Shown here: one piece after another, positions 10,701-20,419 of the stretch | How positions within the stretch are numbered: position 1 is the stretch's first letter | Layout: each line of letters begins with the position of its first letter | NCBI GenBank assembly: GCA_963663545.1 | Contig: OY760505.1 | Location: 32,001 to 96,000 of the forward strand | Source: Candidatus Delongbacteria bacterium | Lineage (GTDB): Bacteria; CAIWAD01 | Direction: 5' to 3' | Length of the DNA: 64,000 nt | Translations under genes and position numbers: made by a program | The notes under the pieces: generated by a model | What the model saw: the letters and a program-made list of their open reading frames with translations, nothing else | Told to the model about the DNA's origin: nothing | Database searches by the model: none

Positions 10701-12398
10701 ATGCAACGGGTTCGAGTGCTGCTCTTGTGGTTCACACTGCTATGCGGGCTGCCGCTTCAGGCGGCCATGGTTACAGGGGTGCTTTCCAATTTCGATGTGC
10801 ACAACTTCACGAACGAGGACGCCAACGATTTTCACATGATCATTCGCGGGGTTACCTGCACCGATGTGATCAACACCATGAGCCCACCGGGGTGGCTTTT
10901 TAATTGCACGGAGTTGCCTGACGGAAGTGTGGTGGTCAGCTGGCGACATCCTACGGATTACATTCCCCACTGCACCATGGCACATTTTGGCGTCGAGTTC
11001 CCCGGTCAACCCGACTTCTTCATTCTGGCCGCGTATTGGACAAAGGATGGTCGTGTGCTCTTTCCCTGGCTGAGCTTCGTCAACCAGCGCTGGGAGGGGA
11101 GCGCTGAATGCTGGGTTGGGGACCTGGTGGATGGCTACGCACCCGGGATCGGTCTGGACGGTGTCATCATCGACCGCGACTTCATTCTGATGCCGGAGCC
11201 GCTGCCTTTGCCGGATCTGATGTGGGATGACCTGGCCGGACTCATGTGGGATCCAGGTCCGCCGCCCGAAGTGTTGCCGCTGGATCCGGGGCTGGCCGTG
11301 CCATTGCCCATTCCCGTGATACCTGAAGAGACCGGCGCCATACTGGTACGCTATCCTGTAACGGACGCGAGCACAGGCGCACTGGCCGCACGCTTTACCA
11401 ACGAGCTGGTGTTGAATCCGGACTTCTACCTCCCACCGACGCGCATGTTCAGCAATTTCGATGTCTTCAACAATTCTGGCATTTGCGTGAATGACTTCCA
11501 TTTAAGTCTGCGCGGTATCACCTGTCTTGAAGTGACGGACTTCTACCTTCCCGCTGGCTGGGTTGCCACCTGCTTTCCACATCCCGACGGCCTGGGTTGT
11601 GATCTAATCTGGACCTGCATTGACGGAAGCTGTGTGGATCCCGGCTCGATGGTTCACTTCGGCTACGGAATCAATGGACCCAACCTGGTGAACTTCAGCA
11701 TTCGCGCCGCCTACTGGACCTACAACGGCGTACCCATTCCGCCGGCCATCAGCTTCGTCAACCAGACCTGGAACTGGCAGGACCCGTGGATGAGCGAAGA
11801 CTTGGTCTGGGGTGGCACGCCACTCACCGATCCCTTCGGTGTGGAAGTGCGCCGCGACTGGGGTACGCTTGTCGATCCACTGCCATTGCCTGATCTGACC
11901 TGGGGCAATCTGGAGGAGCTGATTCCCTGGCAGCCTGCCGATCTTGAGCCGCTAACCTTGCCGCCCGATCCCAGCTACACCGTTCCCTATTACTTTGAAC
12001 CGGAAATTACCGGTCAGGCGGGCGCGCTCTTCATTCGTTATGAGGTCATTGATTCCACTGGCGATGTGCAGTTGCGCTTCAGCAACGAGGCGCTCATTGA
12101 GCCGGTACGCATTCCTCCCATCGAGGACCTGACGATAACCTACATGGGAATGCCCACGCCCGAGCTGGCACAGTTCCGCCTGGAATGGACGCCACCGCCG
12201 CTGCCACTACCGCAGCCGATTCGGTTCACGATTTACGAAGGTCCTGAGCCCTACGAACCCATCGATACACCCATCGGCTGGACCGTCGACAGCTTCTTTG
12301 ATGTCTTTGTCGAAGTGGATATGGCCGTTGAACCCGCCAACCGCCGTACTTTCTACCGTGTCACGGCGGATTACATTGAACCAAGTCGACGCGACTGA
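10701..12398 (+). CDS. Secreted protein with two ~220-aa internal domain repeats and a C-terminal beta-sandwich-like tail
   Basis: AAGGAGG RBS; signal peptide; duplicated SNFDVxNxx..NDFH...HFG...AAYWT...SFVNQxW...PLPLPDLxW...RFxNE. Confidence 0.8.
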   Translation: MQRVRVLLLWFTLLCGLPLQAAMVTGVLSNFDVHNFTNEDANDFHMIIRGVTCTDVINTMSPPGWLFNCTELPDGSVVVSWRHPTDYIPHCTMAHFGVEFPGQPDFFILAAYWTKDGRVLFPWLSFVNQRWEGSAECWVGDLVDGYAPGIGLDGVIIDRDFILMPEPLPLPDLMWDDLAGLMWDPGPPPEVLPLDPGLAVPLPIPVIPEETGAILVRYPVTDASTGALAARFTNELVLNPDFYLPPTRMFSNFDVFNNSGICVNDFHLSLRGITCLEVTDFYLPAGWVATCFPHPDGLGCDLIWTCIDGSCVDPGSMVHFGYGINGPNLVNFSIRAAYWTYNGVPIPPAISFVNQTWNWQDPWMSEDLVWGGTPLTDPFGVEVRRDWGTLVDPLPLPDLTWGNLEELIPWQPADLEPLTLPPDPSYTVPYYFEPEITGQAGALFIRYEVIDSTGDVQLRFSNEALIEPVRIPPIEDLTITYMGMPTPELAQFRLEWTPPPLPLPQPIRFTIYEGPEPYEPIDTPIGWTVDSFFDVFVEVDMAVEPANRRTFYRVTADYIEPSRRD

Positions 12399-12416
12399 TT
12401 TGGAGACGAATTCAAC

Positions 12417-12444
12417 AGGGGCGGCGCAACCGCCCCTTTTCTTT
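12417..12444 (+). terminator. Rho-independent terminator
   Basis: AGGGGCGG-CGCAA-CCGCCCCT followed by TTTCTTT. Confidence 0.85.
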
Positions 12445-12601
12445 GGAACGAAAATTCGCTGCAGCTTTGGTAGGCGGAACCATTTTTACGAGTTTGCTGT
12501 TGGCCGCCAGATCCGCTGAGAAGCGGACCAGACCATTGACACTTGGACTGGAAGGCTTGCTGATTCTGCCGATAGTAGAGCAAAAGGAAAAGAGGCATAG
12601 G

Positions 12602-15037
12602 ATGCACAGCAAGTTTTCACCGAACGTGCAGAAAGTGATCCAGTACTCGCGCGAAGAAGCGCTGCGGCTGGGTCAGGATTACATCGGGAGCGAGCACCTG
12701 CTGTTGGGAATCGTGCGCCTGGGCGACGGCACCGCCTGGCAGATTCTGCAGCAACTCGAGGTGGATCCCGCGGCGCTGCGTGAGATGATCGAAGAGATCG
12801 TCGACAGCACCGACAACATCATGAAGATCGGCAACATCCCCTTTACCAAGAAGGCCGAGCGCGTGCTCAAGGTCACCTATATGGAGGGGCGCAGTTTCAA
12901 TGCCGAGACCATTGGCACCGAGCATCTGCTCTTGGCCATCGCCAAAGAGGATGACGGCGTAGCCAGTCAGGTGTTGGCCAATTTCAACCTGAGCTACGCG
13001 AATATTCGCGCGCAGTTGGAATCCATGGACGCACCGGCAGGCAGCGGCAAGGCTCAGGGCGATCGCTCCAAGACGCCAGCGCTGGATCACTTTGGACGAG
13101 ATCTCACACAGCTCGCGCGTGAGGGACGACTGGATCCGATCATTGGTCGCGAAGAAGAAATCGAGCGCGTCGCTCAGGTACTTGCCCGGCGCAAGAAGAA
13201 CAATCCGGTGCTGATTGGCGAACCCGGCGTAGGTAAAACGGCCATCGCCGAGGGATTGGCGCTGCGCATCATCGAGCGCAAGGTCAGCCGTGTGTTGTAC
13301 AACAAGCGTGTGATCGCCCTGGATCTGGGTGCCATTGTCGCAGGAACCAAGTACCGTGGCCAGTTTGAAGAGCGCGTGAAAAGTCTGATGCTCGAGCTCG
13401 AGAAGCACGACGATATCATTGTCTTCCTGGACGAGCTGCACACCATCGTTGGCGCGGGTAGTGCTTCCGGAAGCTTGGACGCCAGCAACATGTTCAAACC
13501 CGCTTTGGCGCGCGGTGAGATTCAGTGCATCGGCGCGACTACGCTGGACGAGTACCGCCAGCACATCGAAAAGGATGGAGCGCTGGAACGCCGCTTCCAG
13601 AAGATCGTAGTGGAGGCGCCCAGTGTCGACGAGACCATCAGCATTCTGATGGGGCTCAAGGAGCGCTACGAGCAGCATCACCAGATCACCTACACCGAGG
13701 AATCGCTGCGTCAGGCCGTGTACTTGAGTGATCGCTACATCAGTGATCGCATGCTTCCCGACAAGGCCATCGATGTGCTGGATGAGACCGGCAGTCGCAT
13801 GCATCTGGCGCACATTGTAGTACCGGACCGTGTGGTGGAGCTGGAGCGCGAAATCGAGGAGCTCGCCCGCCGCAAGGAAGAGCTGGTAGAGCAGCAGAAT
13901 TACGAAGGCGCCGCCGAGGTGCGTGACCGCAAGCTCAAGCTGGAAGTTGAACTGGCCACCGAGCGTGACGCCTGGGAGGAGACGGCCAGCGAGAACCGCA
14001 TTGAAGTGACCGCCGAAGACGTGGCCGTTGTGGTCAGTCAGATGACGGGCATTCCCGTGGACAAGGTGACCGTGGACGAAAGCGAGCGTCTTCTGCGCAT
14101 GCAGGAGGAGCTGGGGCGCCGCATCATCGGCCAGTCCGAGGCCATCGACATTCTTTGCCGCAGCATTCGTCGCAGCCGCGCGGGCTTCAAGAGCCCCGAC
14201 CGGCCCATCGGCAGCTACCTCTTCCTGGGCCCGACTGGCATCGGCAAGACCGAGTTGGCCAAGGTGCTGGCGGAGGTCATGTTCGGCGACGAGAACGCGC
14301 TGATCCGCATCGACATGAGCGAATACATGGAGAAGTTCGCAGTCAGCCGTCTGATCGGTGCTCCTCCCGGCTATGTCGGATTTGAAGAGGGCGGCCAACT
14401 TACGGAGAAGGTGCGGCGACGTCCTTACTCCATCGTGCTCTTCGATGAGGTGGAAAAGGCTCACCCCGAGGTCTTCAACATCCTACTGCAGGTGCTGGAC
14501 GACGGCCAGCTCACCGACAGCAACGGTCGCAAGGTGGACTTTCGCAACACCATCATCATCATGACCTCAAACATGGGGACACGCGATCTGGTGAAGGAGT
14601 CCGCCATCGGCTTCGGTGGCCGCTCGGGCGAGCCTCCAAGTCGCGATGTGATGCGCGGCGATATTATGAAGGAAGTGAGACGCCATTTCCGTCCCGAATT
14701 CCTCAACCGCATCGACGAGACCATCGTTTTCAACATGCTGGGCAAGGAATCCATTGAGCGCATTCTGGACTTGCGCATCGAGGAACTGAAATCCAGGCTG
14801 GCCAGCCGCGGTATTCATCTGAGCATCGATCAGGCCGCAAACATAAAACTGGTGCAGGACGGCTACAGTCCGGTTGTGGGTGCACGCCCGTTGCGCCGTC
14901 TGCTGGAGCGCGAGGTAGAGGACCCGGTGGCCGAGAGTGTGCTGCGCGGTGAATTCCTTGCCGGCAGTCACGTACAGGTGAGCGTGGACGGCGACAAGTT
15001 GGTCTTCACTCCCGATGAGCCCGTGGAACAGGAATAG
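12602..15037 (+). CDS. clpC: ATP-dependent Clp protease ATP-binding subunit ClpC
   Basis: Clp N-domain repeats (EHLLL), Walker A GEPGVGKT and [11 protein letters not shown]-type middle domain, [12 protein letters not shown] 12602 with RBS. Confidence 0.95.
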   Translation: MHSKFSPNVQKVIQYSREEALRLGQDYIGSEHLLLGIVRLGDGTAWQILQQLEVDPAALREMIEEIVDSTDNIMKIGNIPFTKKAERVLKVTYMEGRSFNAETIGTEHLLLAIAKEDDGVASQVLANFNLSYANIRAQLESMDAPAGSGKAQGDRSKTPALDHFGRDLTQLAREGRLDPIIGREEEIERVAQVLARRKKNNPVLIGEPGVGKTAIAEGLALRIIERKVSRVLYNKRVIALDLGAIVAGTKYRGQFEERVKSLMLELEKHDDIIVFLDELHTIVGAGSASGSLDASNMFKPALARGEIQCIGATTLDEYRQHIEKDGALERRFQKIVVEAPSVDETISILMGLKERYEQHHQITYTEESLRQAVYLSDRYISDRMLPDKAIDVLDETGSRMHLAHIVVPDRVVELEREIEELARRKEELVEQQNYEGAAEVRDRKLKLEVELATERDAWEETASENRIEVTAEDVAVVVSQMTGIPVDKVTVDESERLLRMQEELGRRIIGQSEAIDILCRSIRRSRAGFKSPDRPIGSYLFLGPTGIGKTELAKVLAEVMFGDENALIRIDMSEYMEKFAVSRLIGAPPGYVGFEEGGQLTEKVRRRPYSIVLFDEVEKAHPEVFNILLQVLDDGQLTDSNGRKVDFRNTIIIMTSNMGTRDLVKESAIGFGGRSGEPPSRDVMRGDIMKEVRRHFRPEFLNRIDETIVFNMLGKESIERILDLRIEELKSRLASRGIHLSIDQAANIKLVQDGYSPVVGARPLRRLLEREVEDPVAESVLRGEFLAGSHVQVSVDGDKLVFTPDEPVEQE

Positions 15038-15064
15038 CCTGTCAATTTGTGTCACGACAACACA

Positions 15065-15091
15065 GAGGGGCGGCTGCATGCTGCCCCTTTT
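15065..15091 (+). terminator. Rho-independent terminator
   Basis: AGGGGCGGC-TGCAT-GCTGCCCCT followed by TTT, after clpC. Confidence 0.75.
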
Positions 15092-15110
15092 CGTATTACC
15101 TTGTAGCTGC

Positions 15111-15193
<83 letters not shown>

Positions 15194-15310
15194 TTCTGCT
15201 AACAGCTTCAAAACAAACTATTTACACGGGATTTCAAAACGGAAGTGCGGCTTCTTCTGTGTCAGTCGTGGCGCGAGAATCGCCAGAAACACCCCTGATT
15301 TGAGTGATTC

Positions 15311-15343
15311 TGTGTGCATATTGTGTGCAATCTGTGCGCAGAA
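15311..15343 (+). repeat. Three 11-bp-period direct repeats, candidate integrase arm-type sites
   Basis: TGTGTGCATAT / TGTGTGCAATC / TGTGCGCAGAA between attL and the integrase stop. Confidence 0.55.
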
Positions 15344-15352
15344 TCTCCCGAT

Positions 15353-15778
15353 TCACCAGGGTACCTCGATCATGTTTGCGACTCGTTTCAGGGTTTGCAG
15401 GTGCGCGTGGTCATAGGTGCCCGTGATCACCCCCCACGTTGCGCCTAGCAGACTATGCCCCACCCACCTGGCCACATCCTCCGTTGGAACACCTGCGGCA
15501 CGCAGATCTGTGACCAGCGTGTGGCGGATTCCATGCAGTGGCTGAGCAATCTCAATTCCCAGTTCACGGACTGCGCCCTGGACGGCTCTGTAGTGTGCAT
15601 CCTGTCGAACCGTCCATGTACCCGCCCAGGCATCCAAAACGCTTTCCAGGACCGGGAATAGGGCTACCACTGTGCTGTCAACTTCGGCCGGAAGAAGCAG
15701 CGCTGCAACAGCATGCTGCGCCAGTGGTGTGATACAGATGCCAACCTGGACTTCGTGGATGTGGCCACGCCGCTGCAC
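15353..15778 (-). pseudogene. Tyrosine recombinase C-terminal fragment
   Basis: LHGIRHT (HxxR), WVGHS and catalytic Tyr in ITGTYDH; no intact N-terminal/core domain in frame. Confidence 0.8.
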
Positions 15779-15990
15779 TGAAAGTGGGCGTCCGCGTCCT
15801 GCGTGGTACCTAGCCGACAGCCTGCACTTGAGTGAGGCCGGCTATCCGCACTGGAATGAAGTCGTGGGGAAGTGCTAGGAGAGTAGCCGTGAATCGGTGA
15901 GGGGCATGCTTTCCAGTATTCGCGCACTGTAGCCGGTACGATAGTTGCCAGCTGCTCGCTGAGTTCACTTCATTCACGGGAGCCCCGCTG

Positions 15991-16476
15991 ATGAGTAAAA
16001 CGCCTACCAGTGCTGCCCAGGCCGCTTCAGCGACAGCACACAGTTGCATTCCCTGGCAGACATCGACGGATTGCCAGACGGTTTCTGCTAGTGAGAGCGC
16101 AAGTTTCGCCAGTGAGCTTCGGTCCGTACAGTCTGCGAACGACGCCACAGCAACGACTGCCAGACCGGATGCCGCCTGCATGACGCCCAATGAGATGATT
16201 CGCTATTCGCAGGAGCTCTTCGACGGCGGTGAAATCAGCTCAAAGCAACACCTGATGCTGCTTGCTGCCTGTCTTGTGTTCGGCAGCATTGACGAGGACG
16301 GGATCTACACACCGCCAAGCGATGCTGAGATAGAACGTTTCAACAACACGCCAATGGACTTCCTGCAGTATTCCCAGGACCGCATCGATTTCCTGGAATC
16401 GATTGGAGATACGGTTTCCGCGGAAAGCGGCTACGAGGAATGGAAGGAGCTGCTGCTAATCCTGAAGGGACTTTAA
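15991..16476 (+). CDS. Hypothetical protein (element cargo)
   Basis: GGAG RBS; 161-aa ORF with low-complexity N-terminus and helical-looking C-terminus. Confidence 0.6.
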   Translation: MSKTPTSAAQAASATAHSCIPWQTSTDCQTVSASESASFASELRSVQSANDATATTARPDAACMTPNEMIRYSQELFDGGEISSKQHLMLLAACLVFGSIDEDGIYTPPSDAEIERFNNTPMDFLQYSQDRIDFLESIGDTVSAESGYEEWKELLLILKGL

Positions 16477-16567
16477 GTCGCCTAGATTCCTGCCAGCTCT
16501 TTTCTCCGAAAAAAGTTCCAAAACGATTGTACACGAGAAGAGGGAGCCAACTGTCTCCGCTCGGGCC

Positions 16568-16816
16568 TCAGCCCTTCTCTCGATTCACGTGGACAATGCC
16601 AATCAACCTCCCCATCCCATCACGCCCAAGGACGGAGACAGAGATCTCCTTGCCCAAAATAGGCTCTGGTCCTAGGTCCGCACCGCAGAACATGGGATGG
16701 ACGCGCTCTGTAGTGCTATAGGCAGTGGTGTTGCTGCTGCGCTGCTCTGTCACTGTGATCTCAATGGTTTCCGCTTGAAGGACGCGTGTAACAAGTCCCC
16801 GTAGAAAATCAGGCAT
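16568..16816 (-). CDS. Small thermonuclease (SNase) OB-fold-like protein, degenerate
   Basis: GLVTRVLQAETIEI and LGKEISVSVLGRDGMGRLIGIVHV resemble SNase VxRVxDGDTI and GRDxYGRxLxxVxV; GGAG RBS. Confidence 0.5.
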   Translation of the reverse strand: MPDFLRGLVTRVLQAETIEITVTEQRSSNTTAYSTTERVHPMFCGADLGPEPILGKEISVSVLGRDGMGRLIGIVHVNREKG

Positions 16817-17274
16817 CCCGTCTCCCTAAATCCAACCAATGCAGGGAAGCGAGAAGATACCCTCTCGGCTCTTTGGTCGAATCACTTCATGATGTTATTC
16901 AAGATTCCGGTTGGGCGTAGCGATCACAATCCTGGTTCAGATAGGAGGAAAGTGGCCTTCAGCTGTGAATATATGTAGTAGCTTAGCTTTGAGCAAGAGA
17001 TAGTTTTGTCATGATTCCTGCGCTCAGTATGCGGTGAAACGTGAACTCCCCAGACCGAAGAAGCGGGAGCTGTCGGTAGCATTTACTCCGTCATGGCCTG
17101 GAGAGGAAGAGGCTAAACCGCAGGCATTGGCGATAGGATGGAGGATCTAGTCTCCCACGCACCAGTCTGGGGAGCATTTCGATGTTCCCATTACGAACAG
17201 ACAATATGACACTGTGGAAGTACACGTTGCGGGCATTGAGTTCGTGATTCACAGATTTGCAATGGGGAGAGACC

Positions 17275-17430
17275 ATGCAGCGAAGTTTTAGTCGAACGAT
17301 TCTTCTGGTTGTCTACGGCGTTGCGATGGCGATCCTGCTGTTCACGCGCTCGTTCCTTGAGGCAGGAATACTAACAGCGGTCTTTGCGTGGCAGTTTTAC
17401 CGGATGAGTCGAAAACGCGAGAAGCGATAG
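17275..17430 (+). CDS. Small membrane protein, 51 aa (not in ORF track)
   Basis: GGGGAGAG RBS; MQRSFSRTILLVVYGVAMAILLFTRSFLEAGILTAVFAWQFYRMSRKREKR with two hydrophobic segments and a basic tail. Confidence 0.55.
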   Translation: MQRSFSRTILLVVYGVAMAILLFTRSFLEAGILTAVFAWQFYRMSRKREKR

Positions 17431-17438
17431 CCAAGCAG

Positions 17439-17490
<52 letters not shown>

Positions 17491-17762
17491 GAGGAAGCCG
17501 CGCGCCCGCCCTTTCTGCTTGCAGAATCACGCTGTAATCTTTAGTCTTAGGCTCACATTGACCCACGGTTCAGCCGGTGTCCCCCTGAAGCATGCGCGCC
17601 TCGCAGAAGTACCGGCGATACCTAATCTTCACTTCTCTTTGTGCTGCAACCCGATTCCACGAGGTGCAGGTCCGGCTGACCTCAATGTGATTACGCCCGA
17701 CATGTTCATGCTGCTGCGTGATACAGGCTGAGGCTCAAGGATCTGCACAAAGGGAGGTCACC

Positions 17763-19517
17763 GTGTCCACTATTGGTGATACAAGAAGCGACTCCTCCGA
17801 ACTTGATCGCTATCAGCGTACTACGGCAGCGCTCTTTCGCCTGCTGGAATACGCTACAAATCACAGTTCGCAGGAACTGCTGCAGGAGTTTCTGGACGAA
17901 GCCGAGACCCTTACCGGAAGCAAAATCGGATTCTTTCACTACGTCGAGGAAGATCAGGTCACTCTGTCACTGCAGACCTGGTCCAGCAACACACTGCGCA
18001 ATTGCAGCGCGCCGGGCGCCGGGACACACTATCCGATCAACAACGCCGGTGTCTGGGTGGATTGCGTTCGCGTGGGTGCTCCCGTGATACACAACGACTA
18101 CGCCACTATGTCGGGCAAACGCGGCTTGCCCGAAGGCCACGCAGAAGTCATTCGCGAACTGGTCGTTCCCGTGATACGCGGCGGAAAGCTCAAAGCCATC
18201 TTGGGCGTCGGTAACAAGGCGGAATTCTATGACGATGGTGACCAGCAGGTTGTATCACAGTTGGCGAGTCTAGCCTGGGAGACCGTTGAGCGAAAGCGTC
18301 GCGAAGAAGAACGTGACCATCTGCGTGGTGAATTGACTCAGTCCCAGAAACTGGAATCCATTGGTCGTCTGGCAGGTGGAGTGGCACACGACTACAACAA
18401 TATGCTCACCGTGATACAGGGGCATCTTGATCTGGCAATCCAGTCCATTGACCGTGAAAGCGAATTGTATCACGATCTGCAGGAAGCCTACCGTGCAGCA
18501 GAACGATCAGCCGCTTTGACGCGTCAGCTACTGGCCTTCGCGCGAAAGCAGGCCACTATCCCCAAACACGTGCAAGTGAACGAAAGCATCGAGGATATGC
18601 TGGGCATGCTTCGGCGAATTCTGGGAGAGGGGATCGAACTCTGCTGGCAGCCGAGCGAACACCCGGCCTGTGTCTTCATGGATCCCACCCAGCTGGACCA
18701 GGTGCTGGCGAACTTGTGCGTCAATGCCCGTGACGCACTATCCGGACACGGGCGTATTCTGGTGCGTACTCGCGAGATCGAACTGGATGCTGTGGATTGC
18801 CATTCGCATGCAGACGCACGACCGGGCCGCTTCTTGCTACTCAGCGTCTACGATAACGGTTGCGGGATCGCTCCGGATCAGCTTCCGCACATCTTTGAGC
18901 CTTTCTACACGAACAAGGAATCTGGCCTGGGCACAGGACTGGGATTGGCTACCGTGTACGGCATCGTGCAGCAGAACGGCGGTTTCATCGAGGTGGATAG
19001 CACCCCCGGCAAAGGAAGCAGCTTCAACGTCTATTTTCCCCGTAGCGAGGGCGCCCCAGACCCGGAGTCAGAGGCACCAGTCCACTACCGGGATCAGGTG
19101 GGCGCGGAGACCATTCTGCTGGTGGAAGATGAACCCATGCTGCTCAGCCTGGCAACGCGCATTCTTCACTCATTGGGCTATCGCGTCTTTCCCGCTGCGG
19201 ACGCCGAGCAGGCCATCAGTCTGGGGCATCGCCTGGGGCCAGTTCTCAATTTGCTGATTACCGATGTGGTCATGCCCATGCAGAACGGTCAGGATCTGGC
19301 GCATTATCTGCGGCGCAGGAATCCGGAACTGAAAGTGCTCTACATTTCCGCCTACCCCGCACAAGTGCTTGAGGGAAATGACAACCCTAAGGAGCAAGCC
19401 ACTTTTCTGCAGAAGCCGTTCTCGGCACACGAGCTGGCAAGGAAAGTGCGCTTTGTCTTTGATGGCAGTTTGCACCGCGAATACAGAGTGATTCATAGTA
19501 ATAACGACATGAAATAA
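17763..19517 (+). CDS. Hybrid sensor histidine kinase (GAF-HisKA-HATPase-REC)
   Basis: GAF (ELVVPVIRGG), H-box AGGVAHDYNNML, GTGLGLA, receiver LLVEDE/LLITDVVMP; GTG start after GGAGG. Confidence 0.92.
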   Translation: MSTIGDTRSDSSELDRYQRTTAALFRLLEYATNHSSQELLQEFLDEAETLTGSKIGFFHYVEEDQVTLSLQTWSSNTLRNCSAPGAGTHYPINNAGVWVDCVRVGAPVIHNDYATMSGKRGLPEGHAEVIRELVVPVIRGGKLKAILGVGNKAEFYDDGDQQVVSQLASLAWETVERKRREEERDHLRGELTQSQKLESIGRLAGGVAHDYNNMLTVIQGHLDLAIQSIDRESELYHDLQEAYRAAERSAALTRQLLAFARKQATIPKHVQVNESIEDMLGMLRRILGEGIELCWQPSEHPACVFMDPTQLDQVLANLCVNARDALSGHGRILVRTREIELDAVDCHSHADARPGRFLLLSVYDNGCGIAPDQLPHIFEPFYTNKESGLGTGLGLATVYGIVQQNGGFIEVDSTPGKGSSFNVYFPRSEGAPDPESEAPVHYRDQVGAETILLVEDEPMLLSLATRILHSLGYRVFPAADAEQAISLGHRLGPVLNLLITDVVMPMQNGQDLAHYLRRRNPELKVLYISAYPAQVLEGNDNPKEQATFLQKPFSAHELARKVRFVFDGSLHREYRVIHSNNDMK

Positions 19518-19643
19518 TTCGTATCAAAAATAGTTAGGCTGCAGGAACATTGTCGTTATGAAGTAGTTTGAGCTCCCATCTGCTGCACGAAGAGCCCAAG
19601 GGTGGTGCGCAGGAAAGTGAAACAACAACTTTCGGAGATGAAA

Positions 19644-20351
19644 ATGGAACAGCAAGAAGTACACAGCATGCCCCGCATTGGTGATCAGGCCCCGTCCTTC
19701 AAGGCGGTGACCACTCAGGGTCCGATTGATTTTCCGGCGCAATACAAGGGGAGCTGGGTGATCCTATTCAGTCATCCTGCCGATTTTACACCGGTCTGCA
19801 CCTCCGAGTTCATGACCTTTGCGACCCTGCAGGAGAAGTTCAACAAGGCCAATACGCAGCTTGTGGGTCTCTCTGTTGACGGTTTGTACAGCCACATCGC
19901 CTGGTTGCGCACCATCAAGGAGAAGATCGAATACAAGGGCATGAAGGATGTCGAAGTGACCTTCCCGCTGATCGAGGATATCTCGATGAATGTGGCCAAG
20001 CTCTACGGCATGATTCAGCCCGGCGAGAGCACCACCCAGGCGGTGCGCGCTGTCTTCGTCATCGATCCCAAGGGCGTGGTTCGTACCGTATTGTACTACC
20101 CGCTGAGCCTGGGTCGGAACTTCGACGAGCTCTATCGTATCGTAGTGGCGCTGCAGACGGCCGATGAGTTTGGCGTGGCCACGCCCGCCGACTGGCAGCC
20201 CGGCGATGATGTAATCGTTCCGCCAGCCGGTTCCTGCGGCGTAGCCAAGGAGCGCATGGAGAACAAGGATGATGTGACCTGCCACGACTGGTTCTTCTGC
20301 ACGAAGCCCATTGACAAGGAAACCGTGTTGAAGCGTGTCCTGAAGAGCTGA
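19644..20351 (+). CDS. Peroxiredoxin (Prx6/1-Cys-type AhpC/TSA family)
   Basis: FSHPADFTPVCTSE, ATPADWQPGDDVI, C-terminal CHDWFFC. Confidence 0.93.
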   Translation: MEQQEVHSMPRIGDQAPSFKAVTTQGPIDFPAQYKGSWVILFSHPADFTPVCTSEFMTFATLQEKFNKANTQLVGLSVDGLYSHIAWLRTIKEKIEYKGMKDVEVTFPLIEDISMNVAKLYGMIQPGESTTQAVRAVFVIDPKGVVRTVLYYPLSLGRNFDELYRIVVALQTADEFGVATPADWQPGDDVIVPPAGSCGVAKERMENKDDVTCHDWFFCTKPIDKETVLKRVLKS

Positions 20352-20372
20352 TGTGATACAAGACCTAACGCG

Positions 20373-20398
20373 AAGCCCCGGCCAACACCGGGGCTTTT
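20373..20398. terminator. Terminator between convergent genes
   Basis: AAGCCCCGG-CCAACA-CCGGGGCTT followed by TT. Confidence 0.8.
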
Positions 20399-20419
20399 CT
20401 ATGCAAGCAAAAATGTCAC

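Noticed and set aside
12617-14464. Long antisense ORFs (615 aa opposite clpC; also 52841..54163, 4587..5657, 33943..34980)
   Set aside because: They are shadows of GC-rich coding strands with no recognisable motifs or RBS.
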